Part shown: positions 47,121 to 56,060 of the stretch, in pieces
Numbering within the stretch: position 1 is the stretch's first letter
How the letters are laid out: each line of letters opens with the position of its first letter
From: Candidatus Poribacteria bacterium
GTDB lineage: Bacteria; Poribacteria; WGA-4E; WGA-3G
Assembly (NCBI GenBank): GCA_965217715.1
Contig: OZ244563.1
Location: 1,289,188-1,353,187, forward strand
DNA length: 64,000 nucleotides
Direction: 5' to 3'
Made by a program: the position numbers and the translations under genes
The notes under the pieces: model-generated
Told to the model about the DNA's origin: nothing
What the model saw: the letters and a program-made list of their open reading frames with translations, nothing else
Database searches by the model: none

Positions 47121-50078
47121 ATGAAAACTAATCAAGTCAAAACGCCTGATTCTGCTACTGATTACTTTCACCAGGGAGTGACAAACCACTATCTTGGTCA
47201 ATATGAAGCTGCTATTACTGACTATGGTACTGTTATACGACTCAAACCTGATTATGCGCTTGCTTACAACCATCGTGGATTGGCGAAGTATCATCTTGGT
47301 CGATACGAAGCAGCTGTTGCGGACTATGATACTGCTGTAAGACTTGAGCCTAATTTTGCAGGAGCCCATAGCAATCGTGGATTGGCGAAATATTATCTTG
47401 GTCAATATGAAGCTGCTATTGCAGACTGTGATAAAGCTATTTGGTTTGAACCTAATCTTGCAGAAGCCTATCATAACCGGGGATTTGCAAAAGTAGAACT
47501 TGGTCAATACAATGCTGCAATTACTGACTATGATAATGCCATTCGGCTTGATCCTAATGATGCAAAGACCTACTACAATCGTGGATTAGCAAAAGCAAAA
47601 CTTAATCAATGCGAAGCTGCTATTACTGATTATGATACCGCCGTTCAACTTGATCCTAATGATGCTAAAACTTACTACAATAGAGGAAACGCAAAGATAA
47701 AACTTGGTCAACACGATGATGCTATCGCTGATTATGATATCGCTATTCAGCTTAAACCTGATTATACAGAAGCACACAATAATCGGGGAACAGCAAAGTG
47801 CGATATAGGTCAATACGATGATGCTATTATTTCCCAAAACATTGCTATACAACTCGAACCTGATCATGCACCTGCCTATTACAATCGCGGATTGGCAAAG
47901 GAACAGCTCGGTCAAACTGAGGAAGCAGAGCAGGATTGGCGAACTGCATTAAAACTTGCAGTACAAACAGATAATGTAGAACTGAAAAATCATATTGAAA
48001 GCGAACTAAGTCGGTCTGGAGATCAAGCTAAAACATCTGAAGATGAAATCAAAACTTCTAATTCCGCAACTGACTATAGCAATCGAAAAAGAGTAAAGAC
48101 AAAATTGGGTCAAACTTGGAAAGCAGAACAGACTTCGGAACAGGAAGCCAGGGCGTTAGCCAACGAATGGATAGCAGAAATGATTGAGCAAGGTATTGAG
48201 GAGTTGAAAGCAAGACGCTACACAGAAGGTGTGGAATTTAGCGAGTTGAATGCAGAGATATTGGAAGTCCTACAAAATGATCCTGACGGTGAGTTAGCCT
48301 TAAGATGGAAAGCAAAAGCAATCAAGCTTGGTATAGAGGATTTGGAAACGAAACGCGATACAGAAGAATTAAAATTTGACGAGTCTGACGCAAAGATACT
48401 CGACGCTTTACAGAGTGTAAGTCAAGACTCTAATACAATCAGACCTGAACTTCAAGCCAAAGCAAAGAAGATTGCCCACCATTCTAAATTTCAAACCAAG
48501 ACATCTGCCTCTGCAACTGACTACTACAATCGGGGCAGGGAAAAGCATGATCTCGGTCAATATGAAGCTGCCATTGCGGATTATGATACCGTCATTCAAC
48601 TCAAATCTGATTATGTATATGCCTATTACAGTCGAGGGATAGCAAAAAGGAACCTTGGTCAATACGAAGCTGCTATTGCTGATTACGATACCGCTATACA
48701 CATAAAACCTGACTATGCAGATGTCTACTACGGTCGGGGGATAGCGAAATACTATCTCAGTCAATATGAAGCTGCTATTTCTGACTATGATACCGCTATA
48801 CGCCTAAAACCTGATTATGTAAATGCCTACTACAGTCGGGGGTTGGCAAAATATAAGTTCGATCAATGCGAAGCTGCTATTTCTGACTATGATACCGCTA
48901 TACGCCTAAAACCTGATTATGTAAATGCCTACTATGAACGGGGAAATACCAAATATATTCTTGGTCAGGATGAAGCTGCTATTTCTGACTATGATACCGC
49001 TATACGCCTAAAACCTGATTATGCAGATGTTTACTATGATCGGGCGTTGGCTAAATGTAATCTCGGTCGATATGCTGCTGCCGTTGTAGATTATGATACC
49101 GCCATTCGGCTTGAACCTGACGATGCATCTGCCTACTACGATCGAGGACTCGCAAAGGAGAAACTTGGCCAAACTGGGGAGGCGAAACAGGACTGGCAAA
49201 CCGCATTGAAACTTGCAACGCAAGCAGGTAATGTAAAACTTAAAGACGAAATTGAAAGTGTTCTACAAAAATCTGCTGATTCTCAAGTTGAACCGGACTT
49301 CAAGCCAAAACAAGAAAAGGTTGTTGACCATTCTGCAACTCAAGACAAAACATCTGAACCTCAAGTCAAAGCATCTGAATCCCTCACAGAAAAAGAAGTT
49401 AAAGAGATTGTTGCCGACTATTTTAAGTCACTTCGCATCTCTTCGCCAGGCTATAGTGTTAAGCGTGAGTATTTAATCCAAATGGGCAGCTCTCCACGCA
49501 GAGCGGACATCGTGTTTTTGAGAAACGGAAAACTTGTAGCAATTACGGAATGTAAGAGAACAGGACGTATAGAGAGCGGTCATGAACAGTTAAAGGCTTA
49601 TCTATGTGCAACCGATACTTTTTTGGGTATATTTGCTAATAATGGCGATCCCAATAAGTGGACTTTTTGGGAAAATCATAGACATAACAATTTTTTAGAA
49701 ATTGATCGTGAAACTTTTGAAAACTATGTTTATAATCACGATAAGACAATAAAGGATAGAGAAAACAAGATAAAAGAGGAAGTCCAAAGAGGAATAGACG
49801 CTGAAATAAGAGAGCGCGTGCGAAAAAACACTGATACGGATGCCGTAAGACAAAACGAAACGGATCGCATAAAACGAGAGATAATGGAAAATATTGACAG
49901 AACCGCGATAGTAAATAGTGTAAAATCGCAGATAGCACAGCAAGCAGAAAACAGATTGTTAAACGAAAGAGATAAAGCAAATCGTAAACTTGGACGCGAG
50001 CAAGGTTTTTGGTGGACTATCCTTAGTATTATTGGAATTGGAATTTTAATAGCACTGCTAATAACGTCAGCGGGGTAA
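47121..50078 (+). CDS. Large TPR protein (two duplicated ~8-TPR blocks) with a C-terminal HsdR-N-like PD-(D/E)xK domain, coiled coil and TM tail anchor
   Basis: 34-aa TPR units (..A..DYD.AI.L.PDYA.AYYNRG.AK..LGQYEAAI) occur in two blocks, each ending in Q(T)EEA.QDW.TALKLA.Q..NV.LK..IES.L. Then EIVADYFKSL...RRADIVFLRNGKLVAITECK...QLKAYL, K/E/R-rich helices, and WWTILSIIGIGILIALLITSAG at the C-terminus. Confidence 0.75.
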   Translation: MKTNQVKTPDSATDYFHQGVTNHYLGQYEAAITDYGTVIRLKPDYALAYNHRGLAKYHLGRYEAAVADYDTAVRLEPNFAGAHSNRGLAKYYLGQYEAAIADCDKAIWFEPNLAEAYHNRGFAKVELGQYNAAITDYDNAIRLDPNDAKTYYNRGLAKAKLNQCEAAITDYDTAVQLDPNDAKTYYNRGNAKIKLGQHDDAIADYDIAIQLKPDYTEAHNNRGTAKCDIGQYDDAIISQNIAIQLEPDHAPAYYNRGLAKEQLGQTEEAEQDWRTALKLAVQTDNVELKNHIESELSRSGDQAKTSEDEIKTSNSATDYSNRKRVKTKLGQTWKAEQTSEQEARALANEWIAEMIEQGIEELKARRYTEGVEFSELNAEILEVLQNDPDGELALRWKAKAIKLGIEDLETKRDTEELKFDESDAKILDALQSVSQDSNTIRPELQAKAKKIAHHSKFQTKTSASATDYYNRGREKHDLGQYEAAIADYDTVIQLKSDYVYAYYSRGIAKRNLGQYEAAIADYDTAIHIKPDYADVYYGRGIAKYYLSQYEAAISDYDTAIRLKPDYVNAYYSRGLAKYKFDQCEAAISDYDTAIRLKPDYVNAYYERGNTKYILGQDEAAISDYDTAIRLKPDYADVYYDRALAKCNLGRYAAAVVDYDTAIRLEPDDASAYYDRGLAKEKLGQTGEAKQDWQTALKLATQAGNVKLKDEIESVLQKSADSQVEPDFKPKQEKVVDHSATQDKTSEPQVKASESLTEKEVKEIVADYFKSLRISSPGYSVKREYLIQMGSSPRRADIVFLRNGKLVAITECKRTGRIESGHEQLKAYLCATDTFLGIFANNGDPNKWTFWENHRHNNFLEIDRETFENYVYNHDKTIKDRENKIKEEVQRGIDAEIRERVRKNTDTDAVRQNETDRIKREIMENIDRTAIVNSVKSQIAQQAENRLLNERDKANRKLGREQGFWWTILSIIGIGILIALLITSAG

Positions 50079-50079
50079 T

Positions 50080-51508
50080 GGGTGTGTAAAGTTTTTGTAG
50101 AAACACTGATGTCCAGAGAGGTTGCGGTTATAATAAAAATGGGTATCCTATCCTAATAAATTCAAAAAAGGAAGAGGATACCAATGTTTAATATATCATT
50201 AGAGAACCCCGAAGTCAAAGAGATTTTAGAAGATATTGCTCAGGTGGCAGGAGAACTTTTGTCTGAGCCTTGTGTTGAGTTGGAAGCAGCTGAGCCTTGT
50301 GTGCGAGACTTGATGAATAGAACGGGTCAAAAGTTGTTGGAAGTGTGTGTCTCAGAAGCAGCATCTCGGCAATCTGCAGCACCTGTTGAATGTCCACAAT
50401 GTGAACAAGCGTGTCGTCCGATACAGAAACGCGGCGTGAATATCACAACACTTTGTGGCAAGGTCCGTGTGCAGCGTTGGGTGTCCGAATGTGCGTCGGG
50501 TCATTATCATAGACCTTGGGATGCGTGTCAAAAGTTGAAAGGTAAATGGACACATCGTGTCGCAGAGCGGATGTGTTATCTGGCAGCACCTTTTGACTAT
50601 AGAGCCGCAGCGAAAGAGTTGTCTTTTCAAGGGATAAAAGTGAGCCACACGACATTGCACCAAAAAGTGCGTGAGTGGTTATCAGAACTGCACGCATCGG
50701 AACAAGTAGAACCGCAACAACTTGTGGCAAATCAGCGTTGGTATGTGGGGTGTGATGGGTGCTACACGAACTCGCCGGATGGGTGGAAAGAAGTGAAAGT
50801 CGGTTGTGTTTATAGAGATTATCCACAACTGGGTTCGGGGGCGACACCGAGTGCCAGAACAGAAAGTATTCGTTATGTTGCGGGGCGTGAGAATGCGGCA
50901 CAGTTTGGGGAAAAGTTATTTACGTTAGCAACGCAAAGTGGCATTTACCGAGACGATATAGATACCCAGGATGTTGTGTTTATTGGGGATGGTGCGGCGT
51001 GGATATGGAACTTAGCGGATGAATACTTTCCGAATGCCATTGAGATTGTGGATTACATGCATGCGAAATCCCATTTATATGAAGTGGCAAAACAGGCATT
51101 TGGGGAACATCAGACAACAACGATTGAAAAGTGGGTAGAGGCAACAGACTTTTTTCTTTATGAGGGAGACACGGCAGAAGTCGTTTTACGCATTCGGGGT
51201 TTAGGTATGGAAAATCCAGATGTTGTGAATATCTTAGACAGGAAAGCAGGCTATTTCGAAAAGCACGCTGAACGCATGCAATATAAAATGTTTCGGGAAA
51301 AAGGGTATCAAATCGGGAGTGGCGTGATTGAGAGTGCCTGCAAACATGTCGTGGGACAAAGGTGTAAACAAGCTGCTATGAGGTGGCAGAAGAAAGGTAT
51401 CAATCTAGTGCTTTCCGCACGATGTTTGATAAAAAATGGAGCGTGGGACACATATTGGAATGAACTCAAACAGGCAGCATGAACTTATAACCAAAACTTT
51501 ACACACCC
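50080..51508 (+). mobile_element. ISKra4-like insertion sequence (~1.43 kb) with 16-bp perfect terminal inverted repeats
   Basis: GGGTGTGTAAAGTTTT at 50080-50095 and its reverse complement AAAACTTTACACACCC at 51493-51508. It carries a single transposase ORF. GTAA is present next to both ends, offset by 1 nt on the left. Confidence 0.75.
50184..51482 (+). CDS. ISKra4/UPF0236-type transposase
   Basis: 432 aa with a zinc-finger-like CPQCEQ...C, YVGCDGCY, FIGDGAAWIWNLADEYFP and VDYMHAKSHLYE, which are typical of this DDE family as I remember it. Confidence 0.7.
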   Translation: MFNISLENPEVKEILEDIAQVAGELLSEPCVELEAAEPCVRDLMNRTGQKLLEVCVSEAASRQSAAPVECPQCEQACRPIQKRGVNITTLCGKVRVQRWVSECASGHYHRPWDACQKLKGKWTHRVAERMCYLAAPFDYRAAAKELSFQGIKVSHTTLHQKVREWLSELHASEQVEPQQLVANQRWYVGCDGCYTNSPDGWKEVKVGCVYRDYPQLGSGATPSARTESIRYVAGRENAAQFGEKLFTLATQSGIYRDDIDTQDVVFIGDGAAWIWNLADEYFPNAIEIVDYMHAKSHLYEVAKQAFGEHQTTTIEKWVEATDFFLYEGDTAEVVLRIRGLGMENPDVVNILDRKAGYFEKHAERMQYKMFREKGYQIGSGVIESACKHVVGQRCKQAAMRWQKKGINLVLSARCLIKNGAWDTYWNELKQAA

Positions 51509-51609
51509 GTAACTTGAATGAAATGGAAGTTGACTTCAACAAACCTATATGATATAATAACGTGAGTTTGAGAAATGAAATAGTATTGTGTGACAGAAGG
51601 TGAACCTGA

Positions 51610-52080
51610 ATGCGTAAAAAGTGGAATACTTTCATGATGATCTTTGTGCTTTGTCTTAACCCTATTGCGTACGGACAAGAAAAGATTCCAGAATCACAAG
51701 CAATACTTATTATTGAGAAAATGCACGAATTGGAAAATAGGCTCAGAGATCATATTGATAAAAAATTTGCTGAACAAAATAAAAATATAACTGACCTTGA
51801 AAAAGATGTTGCTGTAAATAGCAAACAAATTGAGTTAATGACTGAAGATATAAAAGAGTTGCAAGGAACTTTAACTTGGATATGGAGAACTGTAATCATA
51901 GGTGGAGCCGGGGTTATATTACTAAATATAGTGTGGTATTTGATTCAACATTTTGTTCTAAAAAAGCCTAACAATCAAAAACAGGATACCTCTGAATCGG
52001 CAAAAGACCAAGAAGCTACTGCAAAGTATCCAGATGATACACAAACTGACTTAAAAGAAGGTATGGGAGAAGCAGCCTGA
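51610..52080 (+). CDS. Hypothetical membrane protein (signal peptide, coiled coil, TM)
   Basis: 156 aa. MMIFVLCLNPIAYGQE, a heptad-like middle and WIWRTVIIGGAGVILLNIVWYLI. TGATG overlap with the downstream TPR gene. Confidence 0.5.
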   Translation: MRKKWNTFMMIFVLCLNPIAYGQEKIPESQAILIIEKMHELENRLRDHIDKKFAEQNKNITDLEKDVAVNSKQIELMTEDIKELQGTLTWIWRTVIIGGAGVILLNIVWYLIQHFVLKKPNNQKQDTSESAKDQEATAKYPDDTQTDLKEGMGEAA

Positions 52081-52985
52081 TGGAAAACGCCAACTTACCC
52101 ATAGAAGAAACACAAACTGCAGCAGGACACTATCAAACAGGTAACACTTTATATAATCAAGGAAATTATCAAGAGGCAATATTTGAGTTTGATAAAGCAA
52201 TAAAAATAAACCCGAATTATGCAGACGCATATAACAATCGAGGATTGGCGAAAAATGCTTTAGGACGATATTTTGATGCTATAGCAGATTATGACGAATG
52301 TATTGAGTTAAATGAAAGGGAAGCCCTTCCATATTATAACAGAGGTCTTGCAAAAGATAACTTAGGTCATCCTGAAGATGCTATATTAGATTTTAACATA
52401 GCGGTACACCTGGATTCTGCCTTTTCCCTTGCGTATTATAGTCGCAGTATTTCAAAACGTAAACTCAACAAATTAGAAGATGCTATTAAAGACTGTGATA
52501 TGGCTATAAAAATAAACAAAGACTATGTGGACGCTTATTATCAAAGAGGAATTCTAAAACGAGATCTTGGACAATATTTTGACTCCATCTCGGATTTCAA
52601 TAAGGTAATTCGCCTTAAATCTGATCACGTTCTGGCTTACTACAGCAGAGGATGTGCGAAAGGTAACTTAGGGCACCCTAACGATGCTATATTAGATTTT
52701 AGCAAAGCTATAAGCATTTCACCGGGTTATGCTCAAGCATACTATAACCGCGCTACTGCGTATAGGGAAATAAGACATTATGATGATGCTATCGCTGATT
52801 TTGATATAGTAATTCGTCTTCAAAAAGATAATTCTCAAGCATATTATGACCGCGGAATAACAAAGAAAATGATGGGACGCGCCAAAGAAGGAAAACAAGA
52901 TCTCGAACAGGCATTAGTTCTGTCAAGAAATGCATTGAATACATATTTAGAACAAGAAATTACAGACAAACTAAAAAATTGGTAG
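52080..52985 (+). CDS. TPR repeat protein
   Basis: 301 aa made of about 8 TPR units of the same flavour as the 47.1-kb gene (AI.DF..AI.I.P.YA.AYYNRG.AK). Confidence 0.8.
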   Translation: MENANLPIEETQTAAGHYQTGNTLYNQGNYQEAIFEFDKAIKINPNYADAYNNRGLAKNALGRYFDAIADYDECIELNEREALPYYNRGLAKDNLGHPEDAILDFNIAVHLDSAFSLAYYSRSISKRKLNKLEDAIKDCDMAIKINKDYVDAYYQRGILKRDLGQYFDSISDFNKVIRLKSDHVLAYYSRGCAKGNLGHPNDAILDFSKAISISPGYAQAYYNRATAYREIRHYDDAIADFDIVIRLQKDNSQAYYDRGITKKMMGRAKEGKQDLEQALVLSRNALNTYLEQEITDKLKNW

Positions 52986-53092
52986 AACTATTAATACAGA
53001 TAATATAATCCATCCTAAGGTTATAATATTCACATACAATTTAGGAACAAATTCAGAAACTTGGTGAACCTTGTTGATAGTTAAAAACACTT

Positions 53093-54022
53093 ATGAATTA
53101 CATCTTTACTTATATTCTGATCATAACTTCCATCCTCATTTGTATACCCGTTGCAGCTGATAGCACAGACATCCACGAAAACGCTGGAACTCGTGCGATG
53201 ACATTCCTTAAAATAGGTGTCGGTGCAAAGGCGATGGGAATGGGAGAGTCTCAGGTCGCTGCAACAGACGATCTTTACGCATCGTTTTGGAATCCCGCCG
53301 GTCTTGCAAGACTTCAAAAACCTCAACTTGCACTTATGCATAACGAATGGTTCGCTGGAATCAATCATGAGTTTGTAGCGTTTGCCCTTCCAATTGGAAA
53401 TAATACTGTTGGTGCAAGTGCTAATTTCTTATCCTTTGGTGAATTACAAGGTCGTGACCAAGAAGGAAATGAAACAACCCTTTTCCGCCCTTATGATTTA
53501 GCAGTGGTTCTCTCTTATGCACGTAGTATCGGACAAACATTAGCTTTTGGTGCGAATGCGAAATTCTTACGCGAACAGATTGCTGACGATAGTGGAAGCG
53601 GAATTGCATTTGATCTTGGTGGGTTATATACCTTTGCTAACGTTCCGCTTTCACTCGGTTTCAACGCGCAACATATTGGACCGCGAGTGAAATATGTTGA
53701 GGATGCATTTGAACTCCCTTTCACTTTAAGAATAGGCACAGCATATAGGCTTTGGAACGATGCGGTCATCTTAACGATGGATTTCATTCGTCCCACCGAC
53801 AACGATAATTCCATTGGGATAGGTGGTGCTTACACGTTAGCTAACGTATTGCAAATACGGACAGGTTATATATATAAACTCGGTGGAAATGATTTAGGGG
53901 CAATTTCTGGACTTAGAGGCGGTTTTGGACTAACCCTCCGACGTTTCCAAATTGATTACGCTCTAATACCGTTTGGTGATTTGGGTCTAACGCACCGATT
54001 TTCTCTGATTGCGAATTTTTAG
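53093..54022 (+). CDS. PorV/PorQ-family outer-membrane beta-barrel protein
   Basis: Signal peptide, then AGTRAMTFLKIGVGAKAMGMGESQVAATDDLYASFWNPAGLARL, and a C-terminal aromatic residue (..SLIANF). Confidence 0.65.
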   Translation: MNYIFTYILIITSILICIPVAADSTDIHENAGTRAMTFLKIGVGAKAMGMGESQVAATDDLYASFWNPAGLARLQKPQLALMHNEWFAGINHEFVAFALPIGNNTVGASANFLSFGELQGRDQEGNETTLFRPYDLAVVLSYARSIGQTLAFGANAKFLREQIADDSGSGIAFDLGGLYTFANVPLSLGFNAQHIGPRVKYVEDAFELPFTLRIGTAYRLWNDAVILTMDFIRPTDNDNSIGIGGAYTLANVLQIRTGYIYKLGGNDLGAISGLRGGFGLTLRRFQIDYALIPFGDLGLTHRFSLIANF

Positions 54023-54046
54023 TAAAACACCAATTTCTCAGCAGTA

Positions 54047-54763
54047 TTAGGCAGAGGCAGCCGTAATAAAAGCCTCAAATAACTTTTCTGCCTGTTCTTG
54101 AAGTTCAGACTTTTTAAGCATTCGTTCAGGATGATATTGCACACCTATCACAAACCGCTTTGACGGATCTTCCACTGCTTCAATGATACCGTCTGATGAT
54201 CGCGCAGTTACCACAAATCCTTCCCCAATATTGTCTAATGCTTGATGATGCGCTGAGTTGACTAATGCTTGATGTTCGTTTACAATTTCGCTTAACCGGC
54301 TATGGGGTATAATCTCAATTTCATGTTCAGAATCCCTTCTATCTTCATCTACCTTATGGTTTAGCGCCTCTCTTGGATATACTGATTCTATATCTTGGTA
54401 GAGACTTCCCCCCATTGCAACACTCATTACTTGGATACCACGACAAATTCCGAAAACGGGAATATCGGCTTTTAGAGCCTTTTGACACAACCGTAGTTCT
54501 AAAGCATCACGAGATCTGCTAACATAATTAACTTCTGGATGGCGTTTCTGAAAAAAATGGGTTGGATCAACGTCGCCACCTCCTGGCAGTAGAAGTCCGT
54601 CAATTTCCTCAAGATATTTGGGAATAGAGGCTAAATGTTCAGGTATGGTATTTTCAAGTGATGCGAATATGATTGGCTCTCCCCCATAATTTGCAATTGC
54701 ATCGGTATAGTTTTTCACATTTATATCATTTCGTTTACATGTTATTCCGATTTTCACTGACAT
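54047..54763 (-). CDS. Class I glutamine amidotransferase / gamma-glutamyl-GABA hydrolase family (peptidase C26)
   Basis: ATG at 54763 (MSVKIGIT) follows AAGGAG. GGGDVDP, the nucleophile elbow GICRGIQ, and VQYHPE. Confidence 0.75.
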   Translation of the reverse strand: MSVKIGITCKRNDINVKNYTDAIANYGGEPIIFASLENTIPEHLASIPKYLEEIDGLLLPGGGDVDPTHFFQKRHPEVNYVSRSRDALELRLCQKALKADIPVFGICRGIQVMSVAMGGSLYQDIESVYPREALNHKVDEDRRDSEHEIEIIPHSRLSEIVNEHQALVNSAHHQALDNIGEGFVVTARSSDGIIEAVEDPSKRFVIGVQYHPERMLKKSELQEQAEKLFEAFITAASA

Positions 54764-54864
54764 CTGTGTAATCTCCTTCATATATGTTTTTACAGATATA
54801 AAAAGTATACTTATTTTACAGCGGAATCGCAAGTCAATCTGAATTACGTTTGCATATTTAGGGC

Positions 54865-55671
54865 ATGCATGGTATAATTTACCACATGATATTTAGGTTG
54901 GACGAACTGTCTGGAAAAGAGGTATCCATAACAGAAGAGGGTGAGTCTGTTCTCACCTATTGCTATGGAGAATCGGTTTCGTCTCCACATTTTCATCCGG
55001 TCTATGCCGCAAATGGGCAAGTCGTAACAGAGGGAACTGAACAACGACATCCAACAGGTATCTATTTCACACTTGGCACAGTAAACGACGAGAGTGGAAA
55101 GCCTATTGAATTGTATAGAAGTAGTTCAACACTTAATCGTGAAAAATTTCAAGCTTCTGCCACTGAAGAATCTGTAAAATTCGTTAGTAAGACAACTTGG
55201 GAAGCTGCTAATCCTGTGTTGATGGAGATATGCAAAGTCAAAGTCTATCCACTTCAAAACGATGTTCGGATACTTGACTTAACAGTGATTTTAAACGTGC
55301 CTTCTAATCCTATAACGTTTGAAGGTGAAATTGGATTAGGTTACCATGCCGTTGAGATGGAGCATAGGAAAGCAGCCAACGCAAGCGGAAAAATTGGTGA
55401 ATTGGAAGTAAACGGGCAAGTATCAAAGTGGGCAACGTTGTGTGGTATTAATGGCGATGCTGCCATTGGCGTGGCAATCCTTCCACACCCTGAAAACGGA
55501 CAAACAGTTTTCCTCGTTGAGGATGCATACAAAGGGTCTTTATTCGCTCAAACACCACCGTTCTCCCTAAATGTTAACGAAAAACGGGAGTTAAATTATC
55601 GTGTACTTATCTATCTCGGAGACCTATTTACCTTTGATGTGTCGAATTATTACGAAAAATATGTCATGTAG
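54865..55671 (+). CDS. PmoA-like/DUF6807-family protein
   Basis: The PHFHPVYAANGQVVTE...HPTGIYFTLG pattern. The start may be the ATG at 54886. Confidence 0.45.
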   Translation: MHGIIYHMIFRLDELSGKEVSITEEGESVLTYCYGESVSSPHFHPVYAANGQVVTEGTEQRHPTGIYFTLGTVNDESGKPIELYRSSSTLNREKFQASATEESVKFVSKTTWEAANPVLMEICKVKVYPLQNDVRILDLTVILNVPSNPITFEGEIGLGYHAVEMEHRKAANASGKIGELEVNGQVSKWATLCGINGDAAIGVAILPHPENGQTVFLVEDAYKGSLFAQTPPFSLNVNEKRELNYRVLIYLGDLFTFDVSNYYEKYVM

Positions 55672-55699
55672 TATGGACAGTAGGGTTCTATGAACACGA

Positions 55700-55963
55700 C
55701 CCATAGGTGTCAACTTAAGGAGTACTCTTAAGTACGGTAGGTGCGGTTTCCTAACCGCACCGTACTTACTTTAGTTAATAACCTTACTTTAGTTAATAAC
55801 CACTAATTGGCAAGACATCTTTGTAGGAGCGATATATCGGCGTTGAAAACGTTTCCCATAAGATTGCTTTGGGATAATACGGAGCGGTTAGGAAACCGCT
55901 CCTACCAGTTTGTGTCGTGTTAAGTGTGACGTGGTTTTCTCCTCTTAAGTTGACACCTATGGG
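55700..55963. mobile_element. Second, inverted copy of the 20-kb MITE-like element
   Basis: Ends CCCATAGGTGTCAACTTAAGG ... CCTCTTAAGTTGACACCTATGGG. The interior is collinear with the reverse complement of 20050-20300, plus an internal 19-bp duplication (CTTACTTTAGTTAATAAC x2). The direct repeat TATGAACACGAC is present at both flanks. Confidence 0.75.
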
Positions 55964-56060
55964 TTTTATGAACACGACCCGCCAGTTGGACTGATAATTC
56001 ATGAAAGATAAATCATTTCTTCCCATCTATAATTCCCATCCCCCATTACCACTATCTGAT

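Noticed and set aside
47109-49223. Antisense ORFs (47109-47507, 47586-47915, 48408-48764 and 49008-49223, all minus)
   Set aside because: They mirror the 34-aa TPR periodicity of the sense gene and give repetitive I/V/F-rich translations with no independent start or RBS evidence. They are typical repeat-induced shadow ORFs.
55793-56060. ORF 55793-56026 (-) and the first 20 codons of the listed miaB ORF (56001-56060)
   Set aside because: Both are translations of the MITE copy. The same DNA occurs non-coding and inverted at 20.0-20.3 kb.
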